Positions 42,676 to 55,490 of a stretch of DNA of 64,000 bases are shown here, piece after piece (position 1 is the first letter of the stretch; each line of letters opens with the position of its first letter). Below the pieces are notes generated by a model, which saw only the letters and a list, made by a program, of their open reading frames with translations, had not been told where the DNA came from and did no database searches. The translations under genes were made by a program, and so were the position numbers. The stretch is from the NCBI GenBank assembly GCA_964016885.1, contig OZ024742.1, forward strand, positions 364,870,001-364,934,000, read 5' to 3'. The DNA is from Eledone cirrhosa (taxonomy: Eukaryota).

Positions 42676-42773
<98 letters not shown>

Positions 42774-43207
42774 TACATACAGGTACACATACATATATGC
42801 ACGCATCAGTTTAGCGGACGCTTATTATAACGCCGCTTTGTTCGTTTGTAAACAAACTGAACAGCCTGAATTTATGCCATACGGTGTTAAGGCAACCACG
42901 TCACCTTTTTGTTCAACACTGACACAGGAACGATGTACTAGTTTCAAGCTTGTTAGCTATCATCAGCACCGTATACCCATCTGCCAGATAGTTGAACGTT
43001 CGAAAGTATATACTTTCGTTATGAAAATTAACGGCTGAGCAGCCTAATTTGTATATTGAGTGAGTTAAATCGGTCAGGCATACCGAAAACGATAAGTTGA
43101 AAAAAATGAAAACGAAAGTTCATTTCTCACTCTTAGTATGGCACTTACTTAAATGTAAGTATGTATGTATACGTACATACATATATGTATACAGACGTAC
43201 AGTAGCA

Positions 43208-43277
<70 letters not shown>

Positions 43278-43318
43278 TACATACAGGTACACATACATAT
43301 ATGCACGCATCAGTTTAG
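42560..43318 (-). mobile_element. Retrozyme-like repeat, subfamily B (~1.4 units; internal TA expanded)
   Basis: Reverse complement of 61885-62468; homologous to the 422-bp unit; direct repeat at 42560 and 43093. Confidence 0.85.
42930..42972 (-). ncRNA. Minimal type I hammerhead ribozyme (subfamily B)
   Basis: Minus strand: ACGGTG-CTGATGA-T-AGCT-aaca-AGCT-T-GAAA-CTAG-TA-CATCGT. Confidence 0.85.
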
Positions 43319-43461
43319 TGGTAGTGGTAGGACACGGGAAGGTAATATCCGTAGTGGTAGAGCACTCAGTCCATGGAACGAGTTAGGTAGAAGTGGTAAC
43401 ACAACACTTAATTCACCATACCGAGAACAATTCTTTCACTTTAATGGATCTTCAAGATTCG

Positions 43462-43556
<95 letters not shown>

Positions 43557-44448
43557 AAAAAGTTTTAATGTTATTAAACGTTCTATACAGATCACGTTAT
43601 GTCAGGAAGGCGTCTGGGGGTGCGAACTTATATACATGTATGTTAGATTAAAATACAATACACAGGGAAATGAGCTGGGGAATCAGTATAGTTGTTCTCT
43701 AAAAAATTATGTCAGATGCTACCTATCTGAATACTAATTAAAATTAAGGAATGTTGTCTGGTGTCAGACAGCGAGAATCATGTCCACTTGTCGAACGGAA
43801 ACCGTGAGGTTAGTTACAATTCTCTGAACATATTGTCGATAGACCAGACAGGAAACCAGCATTCAGCAGATTTGAAAATACATACTGAGATAGTGGTGAA
43901 TTGATTAGTAAACTTCTGATTAGTTTGGGATATTGCCAATATCGTAATCGAATAGAAATATACTGAAATGTGTGAACTATAGAGTTCCATATATAATTAC
44001 GGAAGTTTGGTTTAGGTTATGGAAACGCTAGGAAATGGAATTAAGATATTGGGATGATCATATTTTCCTAGACAGATACAGCTAATGTCATTTAAGTTGA
44101 GCACAATTAGCAATCGAAACTTCTGTAAATAAAACTCAATTTCTTTATAATATAAATAGATCACATATACATTTTCAGCTAGCTAACCATAACACCTCAA
44201 CATAAGTTTATGCGAACCAGACAACTGTCCTTTTGTTCCCTAGAATATACATTACCGGAATTATCAGCCTAAAGAATTCTTTCTCCGTCCATAATTAACC
44301 TCATATATATTAATGTAGAAATATTCATTAATTTCATTAATCAAGCGAGCGCTTTATTATTATTAGTTTAGAGTTTAGCCTCACTCTGAATTTAAACACC
44401 TATGTTCTATTATAGTCCCGGTTTGCTAAATTCATAGAAAAGGTTCTT

Positions 44449-44525
<77 letters not shown>

Positions 44526-44702
44526 TTGAATATCAAAGAAAGACGAACCCAGATATATAGATATATGTGTTCAAATCGCAAGGGACCAGATTCGCTAAAG
44601 TGAAAAGAATACTAACTATACTAACTATAGACAATAGGGGTTGCCTGTCTCAATTTAAGAAAAAATCAAGAAAATAAATACAAATCGGAATTGTGGTAAC
44701 TA

Positions 44703-44786
44703 TCAATCACCCAGACAACTTGGTGTTGTTTCGCAATATTAATTGTGAATAGAATTACCAATTCTTGCTCATCAGTGGGTGATCAA
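44703..44786 (-). ncRNA. Canonical type I hammerhead ribozyme with a stable stem III
   Basis: Minus strand: ATCACCCA-CTGATGA-GCAA...TTGC-GAAA-CAAC-accaa-GTTG-TC-TGGGTGAT (8-bp stem I, GUC site). Confidence 0.93.
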
Positions 44787-44962
44787 TTAGTATCCTAGAC
44801 ACTTATAACTATATTAAGAACTAAATAGTGTGCTATATATAATAACGCACATGGTATCTTAGCGTGTCTCACAAACTTACACCACTAAAAATAGAAGCCA
44901 GGTCCCTGGCACTTTGAACACATATATCTATATATCTGCGTTTTTTTTCTTTTAAATTGTAG

Positions 44963-45016
44963 CTTTACTTGCCCTGATGAGTCCTTAATAGGACGAAACA
45001 TTGTTGGCTAATAAAG
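44963..45016 (+). ncRNA. Canonical minimal type I hammerhead ribozyme
   Basis: CTTTA-ctt-GCC-CTGATGA-GTCC-ttaata-GGAC-GAAAC-att-GTT-GGC-taa-TAAAG (stem I with an internal loop, GUU site). Confidence 0.92.
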
Positions 45017-45165
45017 ACTTTTGATGTATTGAAGGCTTCTTTGGTTTAATTTTTATAATTCTTCGGCTCTGTTTAATTACATTGAGCTATATCTTATACT
45101 GTAATTTCTGTAATATGAAGAGGGTGTTTAACTCCAACACACTCTAGTATTTTAATTCTTATATA

Positions 45166-45225
<60 letters not shown>

Positions 45226-45232
<7 letters not shown>

Positions 45233-45523
45233 AAGAAGAGGTGAAATCGAAAATGCAACTGGAGTCATATTTTTTTTTTAAATATATATATTTATTTGGT
45301 TCCTTTACCGGTTTCGCAGTTCTTCTGCTTTTCAAAAGGTGAGTTGAGATGGAGGGTCTGTGGTTTTTCTCAGATGTGAGAAAAACCACAGACCCTCCAT
45401 CTCAACTCACCTTTTGAAAAGCAGAAGAACTGCGAAACCGGTAAAGGAACCAAATAAATATATATATTTTTTAAAAAAATAAGACTCCAGTTGCATTTTC
45501 GATTTCACCTCTTTTTCTTTATA
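45226..45523. mobile_element. ~300-bp near-perfect palindrome carrying a core-mutated HHR on both arms
   Basis: Arms 45226-45372 and 45377-45523. At 45410-45447: CCTT-TTGAAAA-GCAG-aagaa-CTGC-GAAA-CCGG-TA-AAGG. Confidence 0.85.
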
Positions 45524-45578
45524 CTTTCACTCGTGTAGGACACCTCGGTTATTTTTCATTTTGTAAAAAAACCCTCAC

Positions 45579-45625
<47 letters not shown>

Positions 45626-45689
45626 GCAATTGGAAAGACCAACGGAAACATTGTTCCCTCGGTCCGATTTGACGAAAGTCGATCGTTTA

Positions 45690-45721
<32 letters not shown>

Positions 45722-45743
45722 CGTATATATATATATATATATT

Positions 45744-45799
<56 letters not shown>

Positions 45800-46080
45800 G
45801 ATATATGTAGATAAATCTACCAAAATATACGGTAGTGTCCAATCCGTATGAAGAACTCAATGTAATCCAAATATCATGAAAAGAGAAGATGTATTCAAAA
45901 TTTTTTCGAAGAAAAACACAGGAAAACAGAGTCAAGATAAATTAATAAAAATAATGAATAAAAACAAAGAAACAGTTCCTTATATTAAAAAATCATCATT
46001 TTACGATTGTTTCTAGGATAATAATGTGTGTTTGTGTTGGTAAGTATATCTATATGATATACATACCAACACACACACAC

Positions 46081-46321
<241 letters not shown>

Positions 46322-46336
46322 TAATATATATATATA

Positions 46337-49057
46337 ATTTTGATATCTTTGATAGGTTTTGGCCAGTATTGGCCCAGGACATGTCTAACTTAATAGCACA
46401 ACCTGGCGAAGTCTTACAAATCAGTGTTTGGGCACCATGGCCCACTCGAGCAGAGAGTTATTGTTTACGGAGGTATATCCGGGTGTAGGAGGCTTATCCG
46501 GGTTTCTTGAAGGAATTTATCCAAAGACCTCTTGAACTTGATGGGGTCTGTTTCTGTTTTAATGTGTTTTGGTGTAATGTTAAAGAGTGCAGGGCCAATT
46601 GGGGTGATATAATTGTGCCGTATTGTTTTTATGTGATGCGAGTGGGATTTTTGTCGTGGGCGGATAACACGGGGCCCAACCTTGGGTGTACACTAAAGGT
46701 GATGCGTACATCATTTGGGCTAAGCTGATGGAATATTTTCCACATCATACAGATAATGTAGTGCTCACGGCGACGTTGAAGAGAATAAAGTTTGAGCTTT
46801 TCTAAACGACCCCAATAGTCAAGGCCTGTCATGCCAACTATCTTTTTTTTAATTGACCTTTGGGGTGCTTCAACTTTCATGATACTTTGTTTCGTGTGGG
46901 GGGACCACAGTGGACAACAGTATTCAAAGTGGGGTCGTACAAAAGTGGAGAAGTGAAGGGGCAACAGTGTGGATATCTCTCGACTGGAAAGTTCTGGGAA
47001 TCCAGGAACACATTCTGCGGGCCATATCAACTTTGCTGTTTATATGAGTGGCCCAGCTTATGTTGTTGTCCACAATTACTCCCAGGTCTCTGATGTTATT
47101 GGAAGCCACTAGAGTTTCACCCGAAGGAAGAGAGTATGGTAGTTTCAAGGCATCCTTTTTTCCAAATTGGATTAGTTCAAATTTATCCTCATTCAACAGC
47201 ATATTATTCATCTCTGCCCATTGGATAACAGCCAGTAGGTCTGACTGAAGGCAAGTCCGGTCACCCACCTCATTGATGACCCTTTGGAGCTTGGAATCAT
47301 CTGCGAAGATTCTGATGTCACTGTGTTTGATGGTGTCAGTAATGTCATTAATGTAAATGATGAAAAGAAGTAGGCCCAACACAGTGCCTTGTGGGACGCC
47401 ACTGCGGACTTTGGCAGGGCTTGATTTTACTCCTTCGACTACAACATGCTGGGTTCTGCCTGTCAGGAAACATTTGATCCACTGTAGTAACCTTCCAGAG
47501 ACAACATTGGATAGTTTTTTCAGTAGAATCTTATGAACAACCCTGTCGAAGGCCTTGCTGAAATCAAGGTAGATGACATCAGTGTTGGAGCCCTCTCCCA
47601 AGGCTCTCAAAACATCGTCAATGTGATGCAGGAGCTGCGTTAGGCAGTCCCTTCCATTACGGAACCCATGTTGGTTGGAGTTCAGCAGGCCGTTGCTTTC
47701 AAGAAAGTGGGTTATTCGTGATCTCACCACCCTCTCAAATACCTTGATAATATGAGATGTGAGTGAGATGGGACGGTAGTTCACTGCAAGGGACTTATAT
47801 CCCTTTTTGAAGACTGGGACAACGGACTGGGACAAAAGTTTTCAGGAATATAGCCACTGTCCAGTGAGTTCCTCCACAGATTAGCAAGAGGTGTTGCAAG
47901 TTGGTGTCGACACACCTTCAGGACACAAGCAGGGAACCTGTCGGGGCCTACTGCTGAATTTTGTTTAATTTCTTTTATTGCCGCTAAGACATCAGGGGCG
48001 CCAAACGTTATGTCTGATATAGTGTGTTGGGGGTTAACATCACTGATACAGCCCAGATCGTCCATATCAGGATTGTTGAAACCAGAGCAGTATTGTTTCT
48101 GCAGTATCTCTCCCATGGTTTTGGCATTGTCTTGGAATGTGCCATTTTCATCAACTAGGGGCCAACAGTGGAGACGGTGACCTTGTGTTTTTTAGCGAAT
48201 GAGAAGAACACTTTGGGGTTGAGTTTGATTTTCTCAATGGCCCACCTCTCTTCAGCTATTCTCTGGTTATTGATGATGGTCATCATGCATTACTGGAGGT
48301 TATTTTTTTTTTACTCAAGCAGGGTGATAGCCATTGAACGCGTGTGTTTCTGTTGGCAGTATTTTAGTGTGTTAATTTTTTTGTTTGTTCTTTTTTATTT
48401 TTCTGATAATTGTTTTTCTGTTTTGGGAGATACTGCACTTGATTTTTTTCACAAGTTTTGGTGGGGTGCGTTTTGTACATATATTTGTGACAGTGTCTAC
48501 AAAGATCTGCCAAGATGTTTTGATGTTGGTAGTAGTGTGTGCGTGTGTAAAAGACCAGTCGACATGTGATAGTTCGTTCATAATTGCATTCCAGTTGGCA
48601 TTGTAGAGATCCATGTTATCAAATGAGTGGGCTGGAGAGAGGACCCTGGGATTAGCTTTCGGCTGGTGGAATCTCAGGTTACAAAGAACCATGTCATGGT
48701 CTGAGAGAAGGGTTTTTTCCACTGTAATATTATGTATAGTATTAGTGTGGTTACTAAACACTAGATCCAGAATGTTCTTCTGATGCCTCGTTGGTACAAG
48801 GATAAGTTGGGACAAGATAAACTCATTCATGAAGTCAAGAAGTGACTCGACAGCCTCTTTGTCAGTGGTTGACGCTGTCGAGCCTGGTTTCAAACTACAT
48901 GTAGACCAATAGACACAGGGTAGATTAAAGTCTCCCATCAAAAGTATGTTGCTAGAATGGCACTGTTTAATAAAGCATTTAATACTGTTGAGGCATTCTT
49001 TGAAACAGATTATGGGTGTTTGTAGCGGCCTATAGAGCCCAACTAATGTCAGGTCAT
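46337..49057 (-). mobile_element. 5'-truncated CR1-group LINE, same family as 27960-32319 in opposite orientation
   Basis: Minus-strand ORFs with YRP, GDFNLP, SDHD, YLDFSKAFD, GVPQGTVLG, FADDSK, RPHFEYCCPLWSP; homologous 3'UTR (..GCTATTAAGTTAGACATG.CCTGGGCCAATACTGGCCAAAAC). Confidence 0.93.
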
Positions 49058-49202
49058 TGGCATGTCTCTTTTCTACGCTTCCTCTTACATCTCTCTCTCA
49101 CTAGCACCTGATTCTGTTAGCTGGAGATTTACCCATCTGCATTGTTGAGGCTTCCAAAACGATCATTTTTATTATCCCACAATGCTCCAAGCAAACTTCA
49201 AC

Positions 49203-49246
<44 letters not shown>

Positions 49247-49249
<3 letters not shown>

Positions 49250-52200
49250 GTTCGGTGAATCCATACGTGCATATATATATGTGTGCATGTATGTATATAT
49301 ATATATACATACTACTGTACGTCGGTATACATATATGTATGTACGTGTACATACTTATATTTAAGTAACAGCCGTACTAAGAGTGGGAAATGAAATATCA
49401 TTTCATTTTTTCCGTTTATCGTTTTCGGTGCACCCGGCCGATTAACCCACTCGATATGCAAATTGGGCTACTCAGCCGTTAATATGCATAAGGTAAGTAT
49501 ATACGTTCAACAATCTGGCAGGAAGGTATACGTTGCTGACGATAGCTAACAAGCTTGAAACTAGTACAGCGTTCCTTTGTCAGTGTTGAACAAACGAGCA
49601 ACGGTGGTTGCTAGACACTACGGCTTAATACGGGATGTTTGTTTACAAACACACCGAGCATTATAATAAATGTTCGGTGAATCCATACGTGCATATATAT
49701 ATGTGTGCATGTATGTATATATATATATACATACTACTGTACGTCGGTATACATATATGTATGTACGTGTACATACTTATATTTAAGTAACAGCCGTACT
49801 AAGAGTGGGAAATGAAATATCGTTTCATTTTTTCCGTTTATCGTTTTCGGTGCACCCGGCCGATTAACCCACTCGATATGCAAATTGGGCTACTCAGCCG
49901 TTAATATGCATAAGGTAAGTATATACGTTCAACAATCTGGCAGGAAGGTATACGTTGCTGACGATAGCTAACAAGCTTGAAACTAGTACAGCGTTCCTTT
50001 GTCAGTGTTGAACAAACGAGCAACGGTGGTTGCTAGACACTACGGCTTAATACGGGATGTTTGTTTACAAACACACCGAGCATTATAATAAATGTTCGGT
50101 GAATCCATACGTGCATATATATATGTGTGCATGTATGTATATATATATATACATACTACTGTACGTCGGTATACATATATGTATGTACGTGTACATACTT
50201 ATATTTAAGTAACAGCCGTACTAAGAGTGGGAAATGAAATATCGTTTCATTTTTTCCGTTTATCGTTTTCGGTGCACCCGGCCGATTAACCCACTCGATA
50301 TGCAAATTGGGCTACTCAGCCGTTAATATGCATAAGGTAAGTATATACGTTCAACAATCTGGCAGGAAGGTATACGTTGCTGACGATAGCTAACAAGCTT
50401 GAAACTAGTACAGCGTTCCTTTGTCAGTGTTGAACAAACGAGCAACGGTGGTTGCTAGACACTACGGCTTAATACGGGATGTTTGTTTACAAACACACCG
50501 AGCATTATAATAAATGTTCGGTGAATCCATACGTGCATATATATATGTGTGCATGTATGTATATATATATATACATACTACTGTACGTCGGTATACATAT
50601 ATGTATGTACGTGTACATACTTATATTTAAGTAACAGCCGTACTAAGAGTGGGAAATGAAATATCGTTTCATTTTTTCCGTTTATCGTTTTCGGTGCACC
50701 CGGCCGATTAACCCACTCGATATGCAAATTGGGCTACTCAGCCGTTAATATGCATAAGGTAAGTATATACGTTCAACAATCTGGCAGGAAGGTATACGTT
50801 GCTGACGATAGCTAACAAGCTTGAAACTAGTACAGCGTTCCTTTGTCAGTGTTGAACAAACGAGCAACGGTGGTTGCTAGACACTACGGCTTAATACGGG
50901 ATGTTTGTTTACAAACACACCGAGCATTATAATAAATGTTCGGTGAATCCATACGTGCATATATATATATATGCGTGCATGTATGTATATATATATATAC
51001 ATACTACTGTACGTCGGTATACATATATGTATGTACGTGTACATACTTATATTTAAGTAACAGCCGTACTAAGAGTGGGAAATGAAATATCGTTTCATTT
51101 TTTCCGTTTATCGTTTTCGGTGCACCCGGCCGATTAACCCACTCGATATGCAAATTGGGCTACTCAGCCGTTAATATGCATAAGGTAAGTATATACGTTC
51201 AACAATCTGGCAGGAAGGTATACGTTGCTGACGATAGCTAACAAGCTTGAAACTAGTACAGCGTTCCTTTGTCAGTGTTGAACAAACGAGCAACGGTGGT
51301 TGCTAGACACTACGGCTTAATACGGGATGTTTGTTTACAAACACACCGAGCATTATAATAAATGTTCGGTGAATCGATACGTGCATATATATATGTGTGC
51401 ATGTATGTATATATATATATACATACTACTGTACGTCGGTATACATATATGTATGTACGTGTACATACTTATATTTAAGTAACAGCCGTACTAAGAGTGG
51501 GAAATGAAATATCGTTTCATTTTTTCCGTTTATCGTTTTCGGTGCACCCGGCCGATTAACCCACTCGATATGCAAATTGGGCTACTCAGCCGTTAATATG
51601 CATAAGGTAAGTATATACGTTCAACAATCTGGCAGGAAGGTATACGTTGCTGACGATAGCTAACAAGCTTGAAACTAGTACAGCGTTCCTTTGTCAGTGT
51701 TGAACAAACGAGCAACGGTGGTTGCTAGACACTACGGCTTAATACGGGATGTTTGTTTACAAACACACCGAGCATTATAATAAATGTTCGGTGAATCCAT
51801 ACGTGCATATATATATGTGTGCATGTATGTATATATATATATACATACTACTGTACGTCGGTATACATATATGTATGTACGTGTACATACTTATATTTAA
51901 GTAACAGCCGTACTAAGAGTGGGAAATGAAATATCGTTTCATTTTTTCCGTTTATCGTTTTCGGTGCACCCGGCCGATTAACCCACTCGATATGCAAATT
52001 GGGCTACTCAGCCGTTAATATGCATAAGGTAAGTATATACGTTCAACAATCTGGCAGGAAGGTATACGTTGCTGACGATAGCTAACAAGCTTGAAACTAG
52101 TACAGCGTTCCTTTGTCAGTGTTGAACAAACGAGCAACGGTGGTTGCTAGACACTACGGCTTAATACGGGATGTTTGTTTACAAACACACCGAGCATTAT

Positions 52201-52793
52201 AATAAATGTTCGGTGAATCGATACGTGCATATATATATGTGTGCATGTATGTATATATATATATACATACTACTGTACGTCGGTATACATATATGTATGT
52301 ACGTGTACATACTTATATTTAAGTAACAGCCGTACTAAGAGTGGGAAATGAAATATCGTTTCATTTTTTCCGTTTATCGTTTTCGGTGCACCCGGCCGAT
52401 TAACCCACTCGATATGCAAATTGGGCTACTCAGCCGTTAATATGCATAAGGTAAGTATATACGTTCAACAATCTGGCAGGAAGGTATACGTTGCTGACGA
52501 TAGCTAACAAGCTTGAAACTAGTACAGCGTTCCTTTGTCAGTGTTGAACAAACGAGCAACGGTGGTTGCTAGACACTACGGCTTAATACGGGATGTTTGT
52601 TTACAAACACACCGAGCATTATAATAAATGTTCGGTGAATCCATACGTGCATATATATATGTGTGCATGTATGTATATATATATATACATACTACTGTAC
52701 GTCGGTATACATATATGTATGTACGTGTACATACTTATATTTAAGTAACAGCCGTACTAAGAGTGGGAAATGAAATATCGTTTCATTTTTTCC

Positions 52794-52797
<4 letters not shown>
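49247..52797 (+). mobile_element. Tandem array of 422-bp HHR-containing units (retrozyme-like satellite), 8.4 copies
   Basis: Marker TGTTCGG at 49249, 49671, 50093, 50515, 50937, 51363, 51785, 52207, 52629; units nearly identical; flanked by (TA)n. Confidence 0.95.
49530..49572 (+). ncRNA. Minimal type I hammerhead ribozyme; repeated at 49952, 50374, 50796, 51222, 51644, 52066, 52488
   Basis: ACGTTG-CTGACGA-T-AGCT-aaca-AGCT-T-GAAA-CTAG-TA-CAGCGT; palindromic stem III (ACTAGT); GUA cleavage predicted after 49566. Confidence 0.88.
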
Positions 52798-52827
<30 letters not shown>

Positions 52828-52991
52828 CAGACGAAGCTTATCGAATAAAATGGGCATAGCTTCGGCCGTTTCGTCACTCAATAGTCTAATTAAGTCTGTA
52901 TTATTAAATTATTAAAATGTAAACTTATTGGAGTGTACACTTATGTTAATGAGTGAGGAAGATGACTTTCTGTGGGTAGGAAGATGTGTCC

Positions 52992-53042
<51 letters not shown>

Positions 53043-53309
53043 TATATGTATATTAATTAAGGCCTCCTTCTGTCAAAGCCGACCACCGGTAGTAACCTGT
53101 TGTCACCTCAACTGGAGCAGCGTCTCCGGTGGCTAAGCAGACAAAATTTCGAACTACTAAATCCCAACATAAACAGAAAATATTCTGCCTCTCACATCTG
53201 AATCAAGTCAAGAATCTCTCCCATCAATATATTATGTACCTCCGTCGTATCCATCGACGAGTGTTCCAGATATTCGATTAACAAAAGCTTCTGCTAGTAC
53301 AATTCCCTT

Positions 53310-53445
53310 CAAGTTGCTGAGTGTTATGTAGAAACGTGTACCATTAACGTAATTCTAGTTGAGATTCAGCGTGAGACAGCTGCCCCCATTCAATTACTGG
53401 TACAATTCATTTTCTACAACTGAATGGAATTAAGCCATGTGAAAT
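53310..53445 (-). mobile_element. Decayed SINE body fragment
   Basis: GCTGAG..ACGTGTACCATTAACGTAATTCT..GAGATTCAGCGTGA; related to 55000-55085. Family recognised from recall only. Confidence 0.45.
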
Positions 53446-53501
53446 GGCCGTCTGTATAAACCTGGTCATCCATATTTACTGTTGTTTACATCAAATACAA
53501 C

Positions 53502-53785
53502 CAGGGCCGGATTTAATGGAGAACAAATAGGGCAATCACCCCCCCCCCCCCAGTAGTGGAGTGCCCTACCATCGACGGCCGTAGCAATTTATTCCTGCCT
53601 TCTGCTGGACTTTTTTATTTTTAGGGTGGGTAAAATTTCTGAATTTCATACCTGTATGTATAAGTTAACATATCAAAGTTAGCTTGGTGTAAGTAATTGA
53701 AAGTAGGGAGGTTGTTGTGTATTGTTGTTTAAGCGGCCCCGCAAACCTGAAGTGTCCTGGGTCCCCAATATTTAAACCAACCCTG
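53502..53785. mobile_element. hAT-type MITE (284 bp)
   Basis: Imperfect TIRs CAGGGCCGGATTTA / TAAACCAACCCTG; 8-bp TSD AATACAAC (53494) / ACTACAAC (53786). Confidence 0.7.
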
Positions 53786-54402
53786 ACTACAACCAATCTC
53801 CTGTGGTTTGATACTCTGTCGATGTAAGGTTTAGTTAGTGCAGTGGTCTCGAACTTCGTACCTCATGATTGCGAAACAAAAGTATTCACCACTTTGTTGT
53901 GTCTGTTCATCGATGTTCAAATTATTGATTTTTCTCCACATTAAAAAACGAAAAAAATCTTTACACGTGATAGCAATGAACCAGGCTTCTCGTCCGTTTA
54001 GCATGAAAAATGATTGCAGAAATAAAAGAAAGTAAAAACAATATATCAGATCTCTGGTCTGTAAACAAGTAATTGTTTGCTGCAAATGTATACATTTATT
54101 CCGCATATCTACTATTGGAAATATGATTTTTTCTTTTACAAACCAAAGACTGCTGAAGCCATTTACCTTGTATTCATCCATTTTTTTCTGATTGAATTTT
54201 GCTATATACAATATTTGCAGCGAATGTCAATTAAGCTCAATTAACAACAAATGCCATCGTACTCAAACAAAAGCTCGGAGTAAATGTTTCAATTTAGTAA
54301 GCGTAATTGCAAGGTTATATTGAAGATATCCGTATGAAAACCAGTTGATAATGAAGGTATATTTAGTGGAATGAAGCGATATAAAAATGAAAGTATTGTG
54401 AA

Positions 54403-54530
54403 GTCGTGTAGCTCTGTAAGTAGGGCATTCGGCTTGCAATGGGAAGGTCGTGAGTTGGATCTACAGAATTGATGTGTGTCCTTCAGCAAGTCACTTTATT
54501 TCATTTTGTTGCCGTCAACTCAGCTGGCAT
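54403..54530 (+). mobile_element. Decayed tRNA-derived SINE head and core
   Basis: A-box-like GTGTAGCTC..GTAGGGCATTCGGCT, B-box-like GGTCGTGAGTTGGATC, then GTGTCCTTCAGCAAGTCACTTTATTTCA..ACTCAGCTGGCA. Confidence 0.6.
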
Positions 54531-55302
54531 AAATTATTTGCCCTTGTCAGCAAGAGGCCCAGCCCTGACAAAGAATCTAGAACGGTTAACTTTCGCGACA
54601 GTTAATTTCCTGAGTAAGTTGTTCTGTGGAAGGAATTATCAGGATTAGTCATCGTAATTACAGATGGTGGTTCAACAGGGACTCTATATGTGATGGGGAG
54701 AACAATTTGATGGGACTGAAGAAAGCTGCGTGAAGGCCGAGTGGGGTGTAATATGGAGAAGAAAACAATACAATGATGATTTCCCCTGCCGTTCTTTGGA
54801 ATGGCTAGCTCCTGTCAGCAAGTACAAGAAGTTAGAGCTATGGTGATAGGGATCGCTGTAAGTCAAATGCAGCTCCTTTGAATCGCCTAGACCTGGTAGA
54901 AACAGCTAAACATATGTGTGAGTATGACTGTGTGTATGTGTTTACATACATATATGTGCTTCAGCGTGTGTGTGGGGAGACATCCGTCAGTTCGAGGGTT
55001 ACAGTTATTTAATTGACGCTACAGCCTGCTCATGAAATTAACGTGTCAGTGGCTGAGCATACCAAAGGCACGTGCACCCTTAACACAGCAACTCAATTTT
55101 TTCCGCTGAGTGTGCTGGAGGAATGGAAAATAAAATGTCAAGATCAAGGACATAATTGAATTCCAGTCCTTTATATATATATGTTCTACAGGCAAGTTCA
55201 GCCACCCCTACCTCCCACCAAATGCCATGATAGAATTATTTGTGTTTACAATAAATTTTAACCAATCCTCTTGACAACTACAATCTTCCCATATAAAGAA
55301 GA

Positions 55303-55490
55303 ATCCCCTGGAAAATTTCGGCTATTTATTCACCAGGCTAGAAATTCTAATTTAGTCCAGAAGTAGCCGTCGAAACGGCTTGAGCTCTGCCGTCGGGGTC
55401 ATACTTTTTTCCTATTCCCACTCTACTGCCCTAAGTATTGAGAACTCTGGTGCGTTATGATCCACTTGGTTCCTTATCACAATTCCTTTG

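Noticed and set aside
49247-52797. 422-bp array as a 5S rRNA, snRNA, SL RNA or tRNA cluster
   Set aside because: No recognisable 5S, tRNA or Sm-site sequence; the conserved motif is a hammerhead core.
52850-52960. Minus-strand TGAGTGAC-GAAACGGCCG half-HHR
   Set aside because: No CUGANGA and no UH cleavage site; suggestive only.
53831-54211. 126-aa minus-strand ORF or possible small exon
   Set aside because: No recognisable domain; overlaps a tRNA-like SINE head (~53830-53895, minus); splice signals unconvincing.
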